Below, piece after piece: positions 37,260 to 39,712 of a stretch of 39,712 bases of DNA. Location of the stretch: contig CANDJX010000001.1 of assembly GCA_947385185.1 (NCBI GenBank), forward strand, positions 1 to 39,712. The letters run 5' to 3'. Numbering within the stretch: position 1 is the first letter of the stretch; the number at the start of each line of letters is the position of its first letter. Origin of the DNA: an uncultured Clostridia bacterium (GTDB lineage: Bacteria > Bacillota > Clostridia > Christensenellales > Pumilibacteraceae). A program made the position numbers and the translations under genes. The notes below the pieces were generated by a model. The model had not been told where the DNA came from and did no database searches. It saw only the letters and a program-made list of their open reading frames with translations.

Positions 37260-38332
37260 ATACCGATATACTCGCTTGTTTCCCGCAGTGGGCGAATTAC
37301 GCGCCCGCGTTCAAATATCTTTGCGAAAAAGGCTTCGACGTAAAATATCTCACGCCGCCGCCCATAACCCGCCGCACGCTCGAGCTGGGGAGTAAATACA
37401 GCCCCGATTACGTCTGCGTGCCGTTCAAGTACTGTCTGGGCTGTTATCTCGAGGTGCTCGAAATGGGCGCGAACTGTCTTATGCAGATTTTCGGGAATTG
37501 CCGTCTGAACTTTTACGGCGAGCTTGCCGAACGCATATTGCGCGATATGGGATACGAATTCTCGTTCTTCAATATGGCGGACATCGATTTTACGTCACCT
37601 AAGTCGATATTCGAGCATTTCCGCATAATCAATCCCGAAATGACGCTTTTGCACGTTCTGCCCGCCTGGAGAACGACGTACCGCATGATCGAAATGATTG
37701 ACGAGTTCGAGGACTATCTGCGCCGTAACGTGGGATTCGAGGCGAACGAGGGCGAACTCGACGGCGTTTATCGCGAATTCCTGAAGAAATGCGAGGACGT
37801 GCCGAGCGGTAAAGCGCTTAAAAAACTTTATAAGGAATATCGCGAACGCCTGCATTCCGTAAAGACGACGAAACCCGACCGTACCGTCAAGGTCGGAATG
37901 ATAGGGGATTTCTATACGGCGCAGGAGCCGTTCAGTAATTATTTCATGGAACGCGAGTTCGCCAGATTCGGAATGGAAATTTTCCGAAGCATGAACGTGT
38001 CCAATACACTTGTGCATAACAGATACAAGGACAGACTGCATTACGGCAAGAAGTATGCGAAATATTATATAGGCGGGACGAGTAATTTCTCGGTCGCGGA
38101 AGCGCTCGAGTTCGCAAACGCGGGCGTGGACGGCATAATACAGGTCAAGTCGTTCGGCTGTACGCCGGAAGTCGACGCGATCCCGATCCTGCAGAACATA
38201 AGCAGAGATTACAATATTCCCATTCTGCATTTCAGTTTCGACTCGCAGACGGGCGAAGCGGGAATAAAAACCAGACTCGAGGCGTTCTACGATATGGTGG
38301 AAGCGCGCAAGCATAAGGACGAAAAACAATGA
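37256..38332 (+). CDS. 2-hydroxyacyl-CoA-dehydratase-component-like protein, function unknown
   Basis: Cys-rich motifs YVCVPFKYCLGCY and KSFGCTPE. The ATGA overlap with the upstream gene suggests translational coupling. Confidence 0.55.
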   Translation: MNTDILACFPQWANYAPAFKYLCEKGFDVKYLTPPPITRRTLELGSKYSPDYVCVPFKYCLGCYLEVLEMGANCLMQIFGNCRLNFYGELAERILRDMGYEFSFFNMADIDFTSPKSIFEHFRIINPEMTLLHVLPAWRTTYRMIEMIDEFEDYLRRNVGFEANEGELDGVYREFLKKCEDVPSGKALKKLYKEYRERLHSVKTTKPDRTVKVGMIGDFYTAQEPFSNYFMEREFARFGMEIFRSMNVSNTLVHNRYKDRLHYGKKYAKYYIGGTSNFSVAEALEFANAGVDGIIQVKSFGCTPEVDAIPILQNISRDYNIPILHFSFDSQTGEAGIKTRLEAFYDMVEARKHKDEKQ

Positions 38333-39282
38333 AAGCATATCTCGGCATAGACATAGGTTCGATCTCGACCAAAGGCGTCGTGATCGACAAAGACAACAAT
38401 ATACTCGCAAGCGAGTATCTCTGGACGGAAGGCGATCCAATGGGCGCCGTAAAGCGTCTGCTCAAAGTCCTCGAGGGCAAGCTCGTCGGTTCGGACGCGG
38501 AGATCGCAGCCGTCGGCACGACGGGGAGCGCGCGTAAGCTGATCGGCGTGATTACCGACGCGGCAGTCGTCAAAAACGAAATCACCGCTCATGCCGTAGG
38601 TACAATCACCCTCCATCCAGACGTTGCGACGATTTTCGAAATCGGCGGGCAGGACTCCAAAATAATCATCATAGAAAACGGCTTCGTCGTAGACTATGCC
38701 ATGAATACGCTCTGCGCCGCGGGCACGGGGTCGTTCCTTTCCAGTCAGGCGCACCGTCTCGGCGTGTCCGTGGAGGACTTCGGCGAAATCGCGCTTACGA
38801 GCAAAAACCCGACCAACATCGCCGCACGCTGTACGGTTTTCGCCGAAAGCGATCTCGTGCACAAAGCGCAGATCGGGCACAAAAAAGAGGATATAATCGC
38901 GGGGCTTTGCAAAGCCGTCGTATCGAATTATATCAATAATATCGGTCGCGGCAAGCGCATAAAACCGCCTGTGGTCTTTCAGGGCGGCGTAAGCAAGAAC
39001 GTGGGCGTGAAAAAAGCGTTCGAGGACGAAGTCGGTTGCGAAGTCACCGTGGACGAAAACGGACATCTTATGGGCGCGTTCGGCGTGGCGGTACTCGCGC
39101 GCAGAAGCGGAAAGGAGAAACCGTTCTCGTTCGACGTCGCCGACGCAGAATTCCGCACGAAAGGTTTCGAGTGCCCGAAGTGCGCCAATCATTGCGAAAT
39201 AATTTGCGTCTACGGCGGGGATAAGCTCATCGATTCGTGGGGAAATAAGTGCGACAACGGCGCGGTAAGAGTCAACCGCTGA
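38329..39282 (+). CDS. BcrAD/BadFG (HgdC-type) ATPase, putative electron-transfer activase, with a Cys-rich C-terminal extension
   Basis: Actin-fold phosphate-1 motif LGIDIGSISTKGVV, cluster-ligand-like Cys in NTLCAAGTGSF and ARCTVFAESD, and a C-terminal CPKCANHCEIIC. ATGA overlap with the upstream gene. Confidence 0.8.
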   Translation: MKAYLGIDIGSISTKGVVIDKDNNILASEYLWTEGDPMGAVKRLLKVLEGKLVGSDAEIAAVGTTGSARKLIGVITDAAVVKNEITAHAVGTITLHPDVATIFEIGGQDSKIIIIENGFVVDYAMNTLCAAGTGSFLSSQAHRLGVSVEDFGEIALTSKNPTNIAARCTVFAESDLVHKAQIGHKKEDIIAGLCKAVVSNYINNIGRGKRIKPPVVFQGGVSKNVGVKKAFEDEVGCEVTVDENGHLMGAFGVAVLARRSGKEKPFSFDVADAEFRTKGFECPKCANHCEIICVYGGDKLIDSWGNKCDNGAVRVNR

Positions 39283-39393
39283 CGTTATCCGCCGACGACC
39301 ACAATATATTGCGGTCGGGCGGACGGCGGGGCACAAGTCGGGGTTTAAGGAAAATATTTATTAAAAATTTTTGAAAAAGTTTGCGTAAAATGC

Positions 39394-39422
39394 TTGACTT
39401 CCTTGCTCAAATAAGGTATTAT
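39394..39422 (+). promoter_or_regulatory. sigma-A promoter near the contig end
   Basis: TTGACT (39394-39399), a 17-nt spacer, then TATTAT (39417-39422). Confidence 0.5.
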
Positions 39423-39428
39423 AAGCGA

Positions 39429-39546
39429 GCTGTCACTTGAGACGGCGGCTTGTTATTTGGACTACGTATTTAGAAGCATAAATACCTCTGGCGTAACAGG
39501 ATATCAAAATCATTCCGATATTTGATATGTGGTTATGCCTTTTTTT
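39429..39546 (+). ncRNA. Candidate ~118-nt small RNA or cis-regulatory leader (unclassified)
   Basis: It lies between the promoter above and a long imperfect hairpin (GCATAA...ATATCAAA...TTTGATAT...TTATGC) followed by a T7 run at 39540-39546. I recognise no Rfam family by eye. Confidence 0.2.
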
Positions 39547-39712
39547 GCGCCCTTTTTGCGAAGAATAGCCGTGAAATAACAGCCTCATGAGCCGAAAACG
39601 CTTCGTTCGCAGTCGCGGACGGGCGATCGGATATAAACCCCGACTGAATCGGTCGAAGGGCAACATCGTACATTGACAACTACATAGAGTAAAGCAAATT
39701 ATCAAGGTATAG

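Noticed and set aside
36297-39336. Minus-strand ORFs of 319, 281 and 349 aa opposite the three-gene ATPase cluster
   Set aside because: Same antisense-shadow pattern. The sense genes have an SD or ATGA coupling and conserved motifs. The antisense frames do not.

Overview
This is a contig-end window. The first 47 nt are Illumina adapter, not genome. The source looks like a Firmicutes/Clostridia-like genome; this is an inference from the GlgC/GlgD pair, a Spo0J-type ParB and sigma-A-type promoters.

Gene content, left to right:
- 48-8924: a minus-strand Wzx/Wzy-type rhamnose-polysaccharide locus. It holds an initiating sugar transferase, rfbA-B-D-C, two GT2 glycosyltransferases, a polymerase and a flippase. 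The flippase ORF is absent from the supplied ORF track and was read by hand.
- 9.2-12.2 kb: a small HTH-like gene, then an ECF sigma / secreted papain-like peptidase / anti-sigma-like cassette.
- 12.4-15.6 kb: a metal-permease + OmpR-type response regulator + histidine kinase operon.
- 15.8-22.4 kb: a lipoprotein M3 peptidase, mnmA, rsmG, a flavin-reductase-like gene, a zinc-ribbon membrane protein and pepF.
- 22.5-25.2 kb: a 2.67-kb gene-free region carrying a tandem DnaA-box doublet, two perfect parS sites exactly 100 bp apart and an 89-bp tandem repeat.
- 25.2-26.8 kb: an orphan parB, then a second repeat-filled 0.69-kb gap.
- 26.8-39.3 kb, plus strand: an SDR, a membrane-anchored MBL-fold hydrolase, a GH3 beta-glucosidase, a GtrA-like membrane protein, glgCD, and a translationally coupled three-gene HgdC-type ATPase cluster of unknown function.

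I recognised no tRNA, rRNA, CRISPR array, transposase or integrase.

Most notable observations:
1. The origin/centromere-like non-coding architecture between 18.7 and 26.8 kb.
2. Three consensus promoters placed exactly 6 nt before an ATG, which implies leaderless mRNAs.
3. The split ATPase + two Cys-rich partner cluster.

None of these can be shown to be a new system from sequence alone.
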